This document shows positions 1 through 11,023 of a stretch of 64,000 nucleotides of DNA, in pieces. Location of the stretch: positions 3,921,706-3,985,705 of the forward strand of contig CAJINV010000001.1 of the NCBI GenBank assembly GCA_905178155.1, in the 5' to 3' direction. The DNA comes from Amoebophrya sp. A120. Its lineage: Eukaryota > Protista > Dinoflagellata. The translations under genes were made by a program, and so were the position numbers. Numbering within the stretch: position 1 is the first letter of the stretch; the number at the start of each line of letters is the position of its first letter. Below the pieces are notes generated by a model. The model did no database searches, was not told the DNA's origin, and was given only the letters and a program-made list of their open reading frames with translations.

Positions 1-3000
1 CGAGAGGGACGTATGCATTGGTGCACAAGTATCGTACTAGTACAAGAAATCGTGTGAGAGCATGAGAAATAAATAATTAAAATTTCAATTAATGTAAAAG
101 TGCGGATTTACCTCGATTTGGAAAAGTGCACGAGTGCGATTCCGATTAGTGCGAGCGCGATACTTCTGCACAGGATAGCAGGTGCAGCACCACGCGCGCT
201 TCGGGGCCGTGCGGTGGCGCGAGCAACGGAAGGCCCTGCAGGTCTTGGATGGGTTCGTGCAGGAGCTACGGCAGGATGTGCATGACGCGACGAAAGTGAT
301 CCTAAAGTCGGCCCTGGCGAAGAGTGCGCGCATCTCGGCACTTCTCACGCTCATGAAGGGCGCTTCGGCACTTTTAGCCGGCCTGTTGAGCAACCACTTA
401 ATCACGCTGCAGAGTACCGAGCTGCAGATAGAAGTGCCCCGGGAGCATCGTGTAAGCTTCTTGTACCTCAAGACGGACTTTCACGGGATGCTTACGATTG
501 AAGGTGGGCCGCCGCACTTCAACACACTCGCAAGTGTAGCGCCCTTTTTGAGAATACCGCCATCTCTTCTCGGGCCGCTTTCTTTGATAGGAGCAATCTC
601 GGCCTCCCGGCGTCAGCAACTGCGGGACCACCGTGCAGAGCAGGCAGTTTCAGTGCATCATCACCAAGCGGATGAAGGAGATGCGGGTAGTACGAAGGAG
701 CGCCACAGACGACACTCGTCCACGCATGGTTTGTCATTTGCGGCCCACGTCGTCGAGGATGAACAAAACAAACTGTCATCACGTTCATCTAAAACAGAAG
801 AATCCGCGGCCGATGTACACTACAACAGTTGGCCTGGAAAAACCGCGGAACACGACGACCTAGGCTGCACAAGAACTGACGCAGTAGACAATTCGTACGA
901 CCACAAGCAACAGCCTGCAATGATGAATCATCATCATGGTAGAGATGAACAGCATGATGACGCGGGCGCGGCTCGAGACCAGGATGTAGATGATGTTCCA
1001 AGCGGCCCAGCCCCCACTTCTAGTACATCACCGACGTCACAATCAGAAATAACGACGAGCACTGAAGACGATAATTTAGGAGGAACATCATCTTCACACT
1101 CCAGTGTTAAATCGACTACATCACCGCCTGCCGAGCAAAACAGAAACAGCCAGAGCATTTTCTCCCGACGGCCTCGCAAAAATTCCCGCGGTGGCGGTAT
1201 CCTACTCTCAGTCACAGCCACGCCGGTAGATGATGTAGTGGTCGCAGCAGCTGGAGCTGCTGCGCCCCCTGCTCCGCCGTCCGTCCCGCTGCGGCAGGCC
1301 GCGGCCCACACGAGCACCGCGACGGCGACCACGACGAGTTGCGATCCGCTCGGGGGCTTTTGCGATGTGTACGAGTCCCTGGAGTCCTTCTACCCGCCCC
1401 AGGTAAGCCCGCACTGCCTGCAGTCCGCCTGCGAGATTCCGGCGCAAAGCGGCGAATTCATCGGTGCCTGCCAGAATTCCGAATACATCCAGTCCCAAAT
1501 ATCCTTCTGCAGGTCCCGGGTGTGCTACGACGCGGTAGGTGCTCGTCAGGGGACTTTGCAGTAGGATTCAAATTGAATTTATGATGGATGACAATGCACC
1601 AGCCATTGCTGCTCAGCAAACAGAAACATTGACATTCGCATTGACAACATTCTTGCAGCATCTGGATCTGAAGATGATGATGATGATGAAAAAATCAACA
1701 GTGCGTCCCTCCGATCCAGTACATTCACCCGGAATGGACTTTACGAGAAAAGGACCGCTTGGTCGAAAAGCGGTTCAAGGCTTTGATAGAAGAGCGGATC
1801 CGGCGCGAAGTGAACGCAAGTGTGGACCCGGAGGTGCCCATGCTGTTTACCTACAATGCGGACTGCATCGAGGCTTTCAAAGACGCGCTCTGCTACCTGA
1901 ATTTTCCCAAATGCGGCTGCGCCCAGGAAAGCTTGCCAATGTGCACGTCCGTTTGCAACAATTACTACACAGGTATAGATTGACAAAAAGGAGGACGAGG
2001 TGAAGAGATAATGCGCCAGTTTAGTGGTAGTCATGCCCTCACTGCAACAGCTTCTACTTCTTTCTCTTTGCGCATGGATTTGACCATTAAACTACAATGT
2101 TGTAAATGCACAAGAACTTGTTCTTCTGCCGTGATGGAGTACTTTTTAAGTGGCGTTGGTTCGACATCTTCAAGTTCAACTTCTTGATGAGCATTTTAAC
2201 GGAATGACTGTTTGCTGAAAGTCGCCTGCTCTTGTACTAATTGACATACAACTCACTCTCCCAGCCTGCGGCGGTGCGATCCCCAACGAGGATGGGACGT
2301 TCATTGAGTGCACCGAGGGCTTCATCCTGGATGCGGGTCTGTTCGTATCAAGTGCAAAAGTATCGTACTCGTACAAATCGCTGTCATGCATTACAAATCC
2401 CTTTCTTTGGGGGAATCCGCATTACAAATTCCATTTCTAATGCTGAGGGAATTTGTAATGCTATTTATACTAGTGCGATACTTTTGCAATGCATAGTTCG
2501 CGAGTTACACCAACAAACGGCGGCCGAACGCTACCAGCACCGTGAGTCGGGACGGCCTGATGCGCAACAACTGGGACGGGCCGGGATTTGCGGCGCACGC
2601 ACTGGGAGGCTACACGGAGCAGTGCCCAGCCATCTCCAGTGACATGCGACAGCTACGCTCGGTTTCGTCCACTCGACAGCATTGGATGACATCACATCCG
2701 TCTGCTGGCAGTGCTGGCGGGAGGAACCTCGCTGCTTCTGCAAGTGGTCCAACTCTTTACAATAACATGACGGATGCACCACCATTCTCAGGCGGTGGGA
2801 GAAGATTATCGCGACAGGAGGCTGTGATGGATCGCAACCATCGGATGCTCCAACAAACGACACAGGCTTGTCGGGTACAACGAGAAAAAATTTTTGACTC
2901 TGTGCGTGAATCTATGTCGTGTACGATGTGGATGTAGATCAACAAGGAGGCCGCGCAAGAACGTTGAAAAGCAAAAGAGAGAGACTAGTAGTAGGACCAC

Positions 3001-3804
3001 ATGCAAAGTCATCACTAGTGATAGTGTGGGCGTCACACGGTAGTAGACGCAGCGGCAATGAAAACGTGTGAAAATAAAAATAAAAACAGGACGCAAGCAT
3101 GAACGATACATCGGCCGTTGGCGGTGGCACCAACCCGGATAATCTTCAAGTGTCCGCGGTGGAAAAGCCCGAGGACCCGGACCTGCTACCCGCGGTGCTC
3201 TGCGTGCTGGGACTGTTTCTCCTGGTCATCTTCTCGTACGTGATGAGCTTCGTGGAACCCAGCTTCGACGCGAACAAACGCATTGTGAAGATCATCGCGA
3301 CGCCCATTGCCTTCTTGGCAATCGTGTTTCTCATCCAGTACGTGCAGCTCACGTTAGAAGCCGGAAAAGTCGCTTCCCCGGACGGCACGCCTGTCGTTTT
3401 AGCCTGCATCGAGGGAAAGGTGCGGGTGTCGGGAGATTGCGCAAGGAGACTCCGGTGGCCACAGGTACGATTTGTACGCAGTATTTCCGATCATGAGTAT
3501 CCTACTTTAATCTTCGTCTTTAGATGAGGAGCTTAACAAGTTGAAGTTCTGATGAATCGGTTAAGTAGTTTTATGTGGACCTCCACTGCATCGCAAAAGC
3601 TAAAGCAAACATTACTATTCGTCTTCTTGGGAACCGCTGGAAAACTTCCACAAACATTGACATGATTTTCGTTGTGTACCACAGGTGACGCAGTTAGGAT
3701 GTTCGACGAGCTGCACTGGCAACACTGTGTCAAGCAGGGTGGTGGGTGCAGCTTCGTCGCTTTTACTCCTGGTGCTGTCAGGACTTTATCTTGCAGCTGT
3801 TTGA
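1..3804 (+). CDS. Multi-exon membrane protein with a frizzled-like cysteine-rich domain; 5' end lies outside the window
   Basis: Hand-spliced exons ~179-1534 (possible in-frame intron 450-590), 1702-1972, 2265-2345, 2501-2874, 3090-3464, 3685-3804. Gives FCRSRVCYDACVPP...DCIEAFKDALCYLNFPKC...SLPMCTSVCNNYYTACGG followed by hydrophobic segments. The join to the 3090-3804 part is less certain. Confidence 0.6.
12..177. mobile_element. Introner-like TIR element, family A (166 bp)
   Basis: Starts TATGCATTGGTGCACAAGTATCG, ends CGATACTTCTGCACAGGATA. Flanks GGACG/GCAGG are a diverged 5-bp repeat. Shares the TGCA.AAGTATCG core with 2346 and 50148. Confidence 0.75.
2346..2495. mobile_element. Introner-like TIR element, family A (150 bp), TSD GTTCG
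   Basis: TATCAAGTGCAAAAGTATCGTACT...AGTGCGATACTTTTGCAATGCATA. GTTCG at 2341-2345 and 2496-2500. Excision gives in-frame DAGLFASYTNK. Confidence 0.9.
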
Positions 3805-4990
3805 ACAAGAAAACCGTGAGGACGCAGGCGCACCTGCTGGAATTCCACTTGTGGCTTGTGGTCGCATAGACATGTAGTTGCGACAGGAGAGGTAGCAACA
3901 AGACGAAGAAAAGGAAAACATGGATACACATACAACATCTTGCCGAGCAGAAATAAATGCCAGGTGCTGTATCCTTAGTGCAACAGCAACAACGATGAGC
4001 TGCAAAGACAGGCTTTCATCCACAAGAAGCACTAGGATTTGAATCAATTTCGTGCAGATTCGATTTGCAATTTTGCAGTAGCAGTTGTGCAACGTTTTAT
4101 GTGCAATCAGCCGACAGCGAATGAATCAATTGTCGGGAGAAGTCACCTGCTTGATTGCATTGAAGTGTCGACCAGATCGATGCCAAATCTATTTCAATCA
4201 TTTGAAATTTAAGTAAGCCAAATGCACCGGTGTTGGTGATCGGTCATGATGAGTGTGAAGGCGGAATCTAAATCTCGGTCGTGCTTTTGCAATATAATCT
4301 TTCGGTATTTCTAAACAGTATACACAGAAGATAACTATGACATTTCATCGGTTCCTGCGGACTCTCGTTTCGCACCACAGGAGCTTCGGTTTGGTCTGCT
4401 AAATTAGGCAGAAATAACTGTGCTTTAAATTCGGTTTTCGTGCGAAGACAATGAAGCGTCAGTGTGCGACGTGTGCAGGAGCATGGCTCACAAACATTCG
4501 GTTGCCTCCTCGTCCTCTTGAACAGTATTTCGTTTTCGTACAGATACAACTCGTACATGCCTGGTACCAACGTGGGTTCACTTGTTACAAGAACCCACAT
4601 GCGGTGTTGATCAATGGCAATGATGTCAAAATAATCCGTCCTCCACAGTGAATTCGACTTGTTTAATATTCCCTTTTCCAACCTGGACTTCTTTAAAAAC
4701 TTCTTTTCACACCTTCTACAAAACTTTTTTGTCTTCAACAACGAACTAATAATCAAACGTCGAACACATCTAAGCGTAGACTTCATCTAAACTTTCTTTT
4801 GTTCTACATTTTCTTCACCAACACCTACACATCGATCAACTCGGTTGATACAACTTCTGATACAGCATAAAACTTCGACGTCGCATCAAAAGCAACTACA
4901 ACAAACCTACAACCTCAACGACCTCCATCTTCGAGGACAAGAATAGCAAAACACTAGTTCGTTTCTACCCGCCGCAAGTACCACGCAAAA

Positions 4991-7900
4991 ATGGTGCGCA
5001 CCAACGTTCGTCGCACGGTGAAGGGGGATGAGCTGAAGCCGTTCGAGGCGATCGCGGAGGAGTTCAAGAAGGCGTACTCCATCTGGGTGAAGACGCGGAA
5101 GCAGCGCGGCAAGCTGGAGAAGAACCCGGAGTCGCAGATGGTGAAAAACCTGTACGCCAACGAGCACATGGCTTTGTTCGCGCTGCTGGATTCCCTCTCC
5201 TCGTTAGTCGTCAACTACAACATGCGTCTGGATGAGCACGTATGCATTGCAAATATGTCGAGGTCTGGAAAGAATGGGATTTGTGATGCTAGCTGTCGAT
5301 CACACAAAAATCTGTATTGCATGAGTAGAGTCAAAAGGCGGTCAGATTGTTGGCACTCAAAGACGGCATTTCTCATGCAGAATAGGCATGAATAAAACCT
5401 TTGCGAAAGCTGTGATGCTAGAGAATGCATCACACGCATCGAAAGCCATGTACAAATTACATGAAAATCTTCCACACCCAGACACATTTGCATTTGATAG
5501 CACGTGGGCCAGAACGCGGACAAGTACACGGAGATGGTCACGTGGGTGCAGCAGGAGATGGACGACGTGGTGACCCAGGGCAGCCTGCTGGAGGCGGAAG
5601 CGAACTTGAACAAGGAGCAGATTGTGTACAACCTGCTGAAGTACCTGGATTTGAACCGGCAGACCAAGGTGGTCGCGAAGCAGATGGCCGCGCTGGACGC
5701 GATTGCGAAGGTGGCGGACGACGGCACGGAAAAAACGAAACCGGCCGAGATGATCGTGGAGAAGTTCGATCTGAACGCGGAAAAGGACGCGGCCATCGCG
5801 GTCCCGCAGGACACCACGGTGGTGAACACCGAGGCGGGCAACGTGCGAAAAACCGTTGCCATCGGGGACGCGAACGCGGTCGGCACGCAGCGTCTGTCCG
5901 CCACCATGCCCACCCACGACGGGCTCGGGGCGGCCTGGGACGAAAATGTCAAACCCCTGACCGACCACGAGGACAAGGCCACCGAGCGGGTCGTGTTCCA
6001 GGACATGCTCGCGATCGTGTCGCCGGACAACAAGAAGTTGTCGGCGTCCGAGACGGAGCTGATCCGCCTGAACATGCAGGAAGCGCTCTGCGCGAAGCAG
6101 ACGCGGTTGCTCACCCGCGGCGGCTGCACCGTCATCGAGGTCGCGGACAGCATTGAGCGTGTCACGCCCTTACAGATGCGGGACGCGATGCTGACGGCGT
6201 CCTGGCCCTACGACACGGTCCCGGTCACGCGGGTCCGGGACGCGAACTGCCCGCGCTTCTACTGCAACCTTCCCCGGAACCTGGACAACAAGGAGGTTCA
6301 GGCATTGAAGGACAAACTGCAGGCGAGTTTTGACTGCCTCGACATCCGCGCCGACATGGCCCCCGAGGATCCGGCGAAGAAAAACACGCTGGCGGTCACG
6401 GTATATATTTATATGATTTAGTTGGTTTCTGATTCTTTTTCGTGTAGTTCTAGTAGACACGGGCAGCTTAAGGTTATCGATCCCCCTCCCACCCTTGCAT
6501 CTTCTTACTTTCGCAATTTCCGTACAAAACGAAGGCAATGAATCTACTTCGCATTCGCGAACAGGCCAAAACGCGTTCTTACTCACCAACCTAACTCCAC
6601 TCAGGCTATCGAGCCCGTCGGGAAACTGGATATGGCGAAGATCGAGGCCGCGCTGAAGAGCGCCCTTCCGAAGGATTGCGAGCCGAAGGACATCACTCGC
6701 GGACAGTCGGTGGAGCGGTACTTGGCCACCCTCGCGGAGTGCCCGGCGCGCCACTCCCAGGAGCTGATGCTGATGCGGAACAAGCTGAAGCAGAACCTGG
6801 GCTGCAAGGAGGCGCGCGTGGTGCCGCGGTCCGGCAGACTGAACGTCGAGGTGATCCAGCCGCACCGGGGCTCTCCCACGGCAGACTATGCATTGTAAAA
6901 ATGTCTGGGTCTGGAAGGTTGCAACTTGTAATGCTAATTCTGGATCGTGCAAAAATCTGTGTTGCATGAATGCCAAAAGCTGTCCACTTTTGACCAAGTT
7001 GAGAGGAAGTTTCTCACGCAGGATAGGCATGATATGGATCTCACAGAATCTGTCATGCTAGGCCTCGCATTCCAGACCTCATGGCTCATGCAAAACATGC
7101 ATGACAAGTCTCAGAATCTTCCAGACCCAGACATATTTGCATTTGATACAGAACAGGTGAAGGCGATTCTCGAGGAGGTCACGCCAGTGCAGGGCGTCAA
7201 GTACGGGGAAGGTATAAACGCCTGTTTTCATTTTGCACCATCGCTCACATAGCTTTACCTACTTTGCATGTTGATCTTGAACTTGATGATGTGAAGACCC
7301 TTCCACAACGGCAGTGGAACGAAGTACTTTAGAAAGGTTCTTTACATCCGATTTATCTGCCCCCGAATATCCTCTTAATACAGCCGTCGTGTTTGCGCAG
7401 CAGGCCGCCGGCGACGCGGTTGCTCAGCCGCTGGCCCAGGGCGAAGTGGACGCTTTGCAGAAGGCGATCACCGCGCTCCAGGGCCCCAACCGCACGCTGA
7501 AGCTGAGCCAGGCGGACGGGTGGCAGGTGGCGGACGTGACGTATGGGTCGGGCGCGAAGGACGCGGATCGGGAGGGCATTCTGGATTTGATCGACGCGGG
7601 CATGGAGAAGATCGGCAAGAAGGGCGGCGACGCCTACTCCACCTTCTCCACGCCGGAGGACAAGCCGACGCGCAAGTCCCGCGCCACCAACTTCAACTTC
7701 GCCCCGGACTCGCGGCGCACCGACGGTGCGGCGAGAAACGCGCACGGCGTGGAGATGCCGCGCGAGACCCGCGGGGACGGGCCGCAGAACTTTGACAAGC
7801 TGATCGCGGACGAGCACAACCTGCAGGGTCGCATCTCCATCGCGCTGCCGGTGTACGGGTTTGAGCAGAACGTGCTCGGGCCGAACGCCATGATCGACGG

Positions 7901-9626
7901 CGCGAATTTGTTCGCGAAGGACGAGACCGTGAAGGACGGCTGCGTGGCGGTTGGATCCCAGTACGCGTTCGACAACGGCGGTTACTATGCGGAGGCCAAA
8001 GTCATCAAGACGGCTGGGACGGACCCGACCGGGTTCATCGGCCTGGGTTTCTCTACGGTCCCGCTTGAGAAATACGGTGAGAAGCTGGGCGCGCGGTTGG
8101 CGGACTTGGGGCAGAACTGGGTGTGCACCGGTCCCTACCCCGGAGAGGAGACGCACACGCTCTTGTGCAACGGCAAGCTGAACTTGCGGTTCGTCTACGC
8201 GCACGCGCAGAAGAAGGAACAGCAAACCATGAACTGGCAGGTCGGTGACACGTTGGGCGTGTGGGTGCGCAGGCGCGACGGAAAGGCGAAGGAGTGGCTC
8301 TTGTCGGTGTTCATCAACAAGAACCGAATCTACACTTGCAACTGCAACATCCCGGACGGGATCGACCACTTCCGCATCGTCTGCGAGTGCGGTGGCCGCG
8401 TGAAGGGGATCAAGCTCCTGACCGACGCGCACCCGCCGGCGCGTCTGGCCTTGAACTACTGGTACAACCCGCTGAAGAAGGGCGCGCAGCGGATCATCGA
8501 GAACATCCTGTTTGTCGACGAGTCCTGCGCCAAGAAGCACCCGCTGAAGGTCGACTGGACCATGAGCATGAGTCCCTGCAACATCAGCCACACCGAGACC
8601 AAAAAGTGCAAAATTCTGACCTGGTCCAACCAGACACTGGCCACGCCGCTTACCCGCCTTCCGGACCTGGACAAGAGCCTCGCGCTGAAGTGCAGCAAGA
8701 TGATTTTGGTGCTGATGGCTAACCGAGTGCTGGAGCAGGGGAAGGAACCGACCTCCGACGAGCGCGCGAAGATCGCCTACACCCTGTTCTGGTACTTCAA
8801 GCACCGCCAGTGCCTCCGCGACGAAATCCTGCTGTTCGTGATCAAGCAGCTCACGCAGAACCCGGAGCGCAAGTTATCCTATGTAAAAACGTACCCACCC
8901 CATAGTCAAGATGGGGAATCGGCTAGACAAATCGACAATCTTTGGCTGTTTCGCATGACAAATTTGGACGCGTAGTGTTGTAGTGCTATTTGAGCTAGTT
9001 CAGCAGCATTACAGATCTAGTCTCTCATGCTGATTGGAGCATGACAAATTTCAAAACAGCATTAGAAAACGCTTCTCATGGGGCTCCGCATGAGAAACAT
9101 TCTAAGCATGCAGATTTGCATGACAGCTATGGTTTGGGGACGTTTTTACACAGGATACAAGTCCACCCTGTTCGGCTACGTGTTGCTCCAGATCTTGATG
9201 TATCAAATGTAAAAATGTCTGGGTCTGGAAGAATGCAACTTGTAATGCGTATTTCAGAACACAGAAAAGTCTCTCATGCATACGTAGCAAAAGCTCCCAC
9301 TTTTTGTCAGCGAAATAGGGGACTTGTATTGCGGATTCGGCATTGCGGAAGGTTCTCGAAACCTGTGATGCTAGAGCTTCCATGCCAGACCTTCTGCGTC
9401 ATGCAAAAACAGCATGACTCTTCCAGACCCAGACACTTTTACAATCCATATGATGGAGGGCGCGATTGAGGCGAATTACCACTTGCCGATTCTGCTGGAC
9501 GATTTCCTGAACAACCAGGAGTCCACGGACCCGAAGATCCTGGGCGAGATCACCAAGACCAGAAAATTGTTCCGCGACATTCACGACAAGTTCGCAAACC
9601 AATTCTTGGCTGACGACGACGAGTAA
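4991..9626 (+). CDS. Multi-exon protein with a SPRY/NHR-like beta domain and a C-terminal MyTH4 domain
   Basis: Exons 4991-5240, 5505-6400, 6605-6886, 7154-7211, 7384-8874, 9163-9200, 9456-9626. MyTH4-like CLRDEILLFVIKQLTQNPERKSTLFGYVLL; SPRY-like YYAEAKV..GFIGLGFST..VGDTLGVWV..SVFIN. Four introners and two GT-AG introns. Confidence 0.75.
5241..5499. mobile_element. Introner-like TIR element, family B (259 bp), TSD GCACG
   Basis: TATGCATTGCAAATATGTC...GACACATTTGCATTTGATA. GCACG at 5236-5240 and 5500-5504. Excision joins ORFs 4991 and 5504 in frame (DEHVGQNADK). Confidence 0.9.
6887..7148. mobile_element. Introner-like TIR element, family B (262 bp), TSD CAGAC/CAGAA
   Basis: TATGCATTGTAAAAATGTCTGGGTCTGGAAG...CTTCCAGACCCAGACATATTTGCATTTGATA. 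Excision gives in-frame PTADQVKAIL. No GT donor at the 5' junction. Confidence 0.88.
8875..9157. mobile_element. Introner-like TIR element, family C (283 bp), TSD CAAGT
   Basis: TATCCTATGTAAAAACGT...ACGTTTTTACACAGGATA (18-bp IR, one mismatch). CAAGT at 8870-8874 and 9158-9162. Excision restores NPERKSTLFGY within MyTH4. Confidence 0.9.
9201..9450. mobile_element. Introner-like TIR element, family B (250 bp), TSD TGATG
   Basis: TATCAAATGTAAAAATGTCTGGGTCTGGAAGA...TCTTCCAGACCCAGACACTTTTACAATCCATA. TGATG at 9196-9200 and 9451-9455. Excision gives LQILMEGAIE. Confidence 0.9.
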
Positions 9627-11023
9627 AAGGTTGGCGATCGTACGTTGTTGACCGCCGCATCCTGCATTCAGAATGAAGTATAAACAAAAATCTTTATTGA
9701 CCGAGTAGTATTGCACACATCACCATTGCTTCGAAGTTTCGAGCTACTGCTACACAAGAAGTGTATAGCTATAGTGTTTATTGAAAAGAAAATGCGAAGT
9801 TATGAAGCAATCAAAAGCATCTCGACGTTGTTAGTTCGTTGTTGTAAACATGTAACACTCAGCACACTAAGTGACGCTGCTGCGAAAGCGACCGAAATCG
9901 CGATTTTATGATTCTGATAGATTACAAGGTCCCAGCACGGGAAAAAGACATAAAAGTAGAACAGCGGCATCTTCTTTCAAACGGGGTCGCAACAAAAAAT
10001 GGATAGGGAACATTATACTTACTTACATATTCACTTATTTTTTACACTTGCATTTACATTGTATGTAGATTAGAGACCACTGTGACTGCTACAGAACATA
10101 CAGGGTCTTACTTCACGCACTTAAGAGTACTTACGTAAAAAGATAAAATTTAGGGATTTTCATCATGCTGTACCGTGAAAAAATCGAAAAGTTGTACAAC
10201 AGTTTTTGCCTGTTTGGAGACCTAATTTTTGTGTATAAAAACTTGCAGTGTCTAGATCTGGGCATTGTTTGAGTTTTCAAAGCAGCGAGTCTGGGATATA
10301 TTTGCGGCCTATGATGGAGTATTGATGCACAGCAGTTCACTTCTCCTGACCAGGCCGCAATCGAGGATGTAATGTCAAAAAAAAACTCCGGATTCGCTTG
10401 CTCAAAGACCCGACATTGATTTCACAAGAAAAGAAAAGTAAGAAACGAAGAAAAAAACAAAAAACCGCTCTGAGGTGAGAATCAGTCCAACTTCATCCTT
10501 GTCGCGATCGGTGTCAGCGACCGTGTAGCTGCAACTCCGTCCTCTTCAAGCCGATTGAAATCTAAATCGATGCCTCAGATGAAAAAGATCACGTTTAGAT
10601 ATTTTGATGCTTCGATCTGCAGTGGTGTTGGTTTGTTAAAGATCATCCGAACGGAAATTGGAAAACTAGAAAAATGTTCTTGACTTCCTTGAAAATGTGT
10701 GAGTTTGGTCTTGGTGATGTTGAAAAAAAGAAGATCATCTTCTTCTAGATAGATCCTTGGAGGGTTGGTTGCAGTATGATCCGAATCTCTTATTTGCACC
10801 GATCAAAAAAAATGGTTTCTTCGGCTTCGTAATTTTTTCACGCAATTGTCATTTTTGGTGCATCGAATGTTGTTTTGTATTACAGAGACAGATGTGAATG
10901 TGTTTGTTTTTGGCAACTTTTTATTTGTCGACTCTTTTCATCTCGAGGACAATGGCAATGCTTTGGTGACAGACACGCTATTAATTTGTTCGTGCAGAAA
11001 AAAGTCGCTGAAATCAGAAATTC

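Noticed and set aside
1702-2300. Frizzled-like CRD protein as a Mid1/FAM155-type partner of the channel
   Set aside because: Only a generic cysteine pattern is shared, the genes are about 38 kb apart, and proximity is uninformative here.
7353-8804. Long - strand ORFs (483 aa here; also 5215-6165, 42788-43732, 57951-58775)
   Set aside because: They are antisense shadows of GC3-rich + strand exons and show no recognisable motifs.
6887-9469. Recurrent peptides such as KMSGSGR and LPDPD.F as a repeated protein domain
   Set aside because: They are translations of the family B TIR (ATGTCTGGGTCTGGAAG), not coding sequence.
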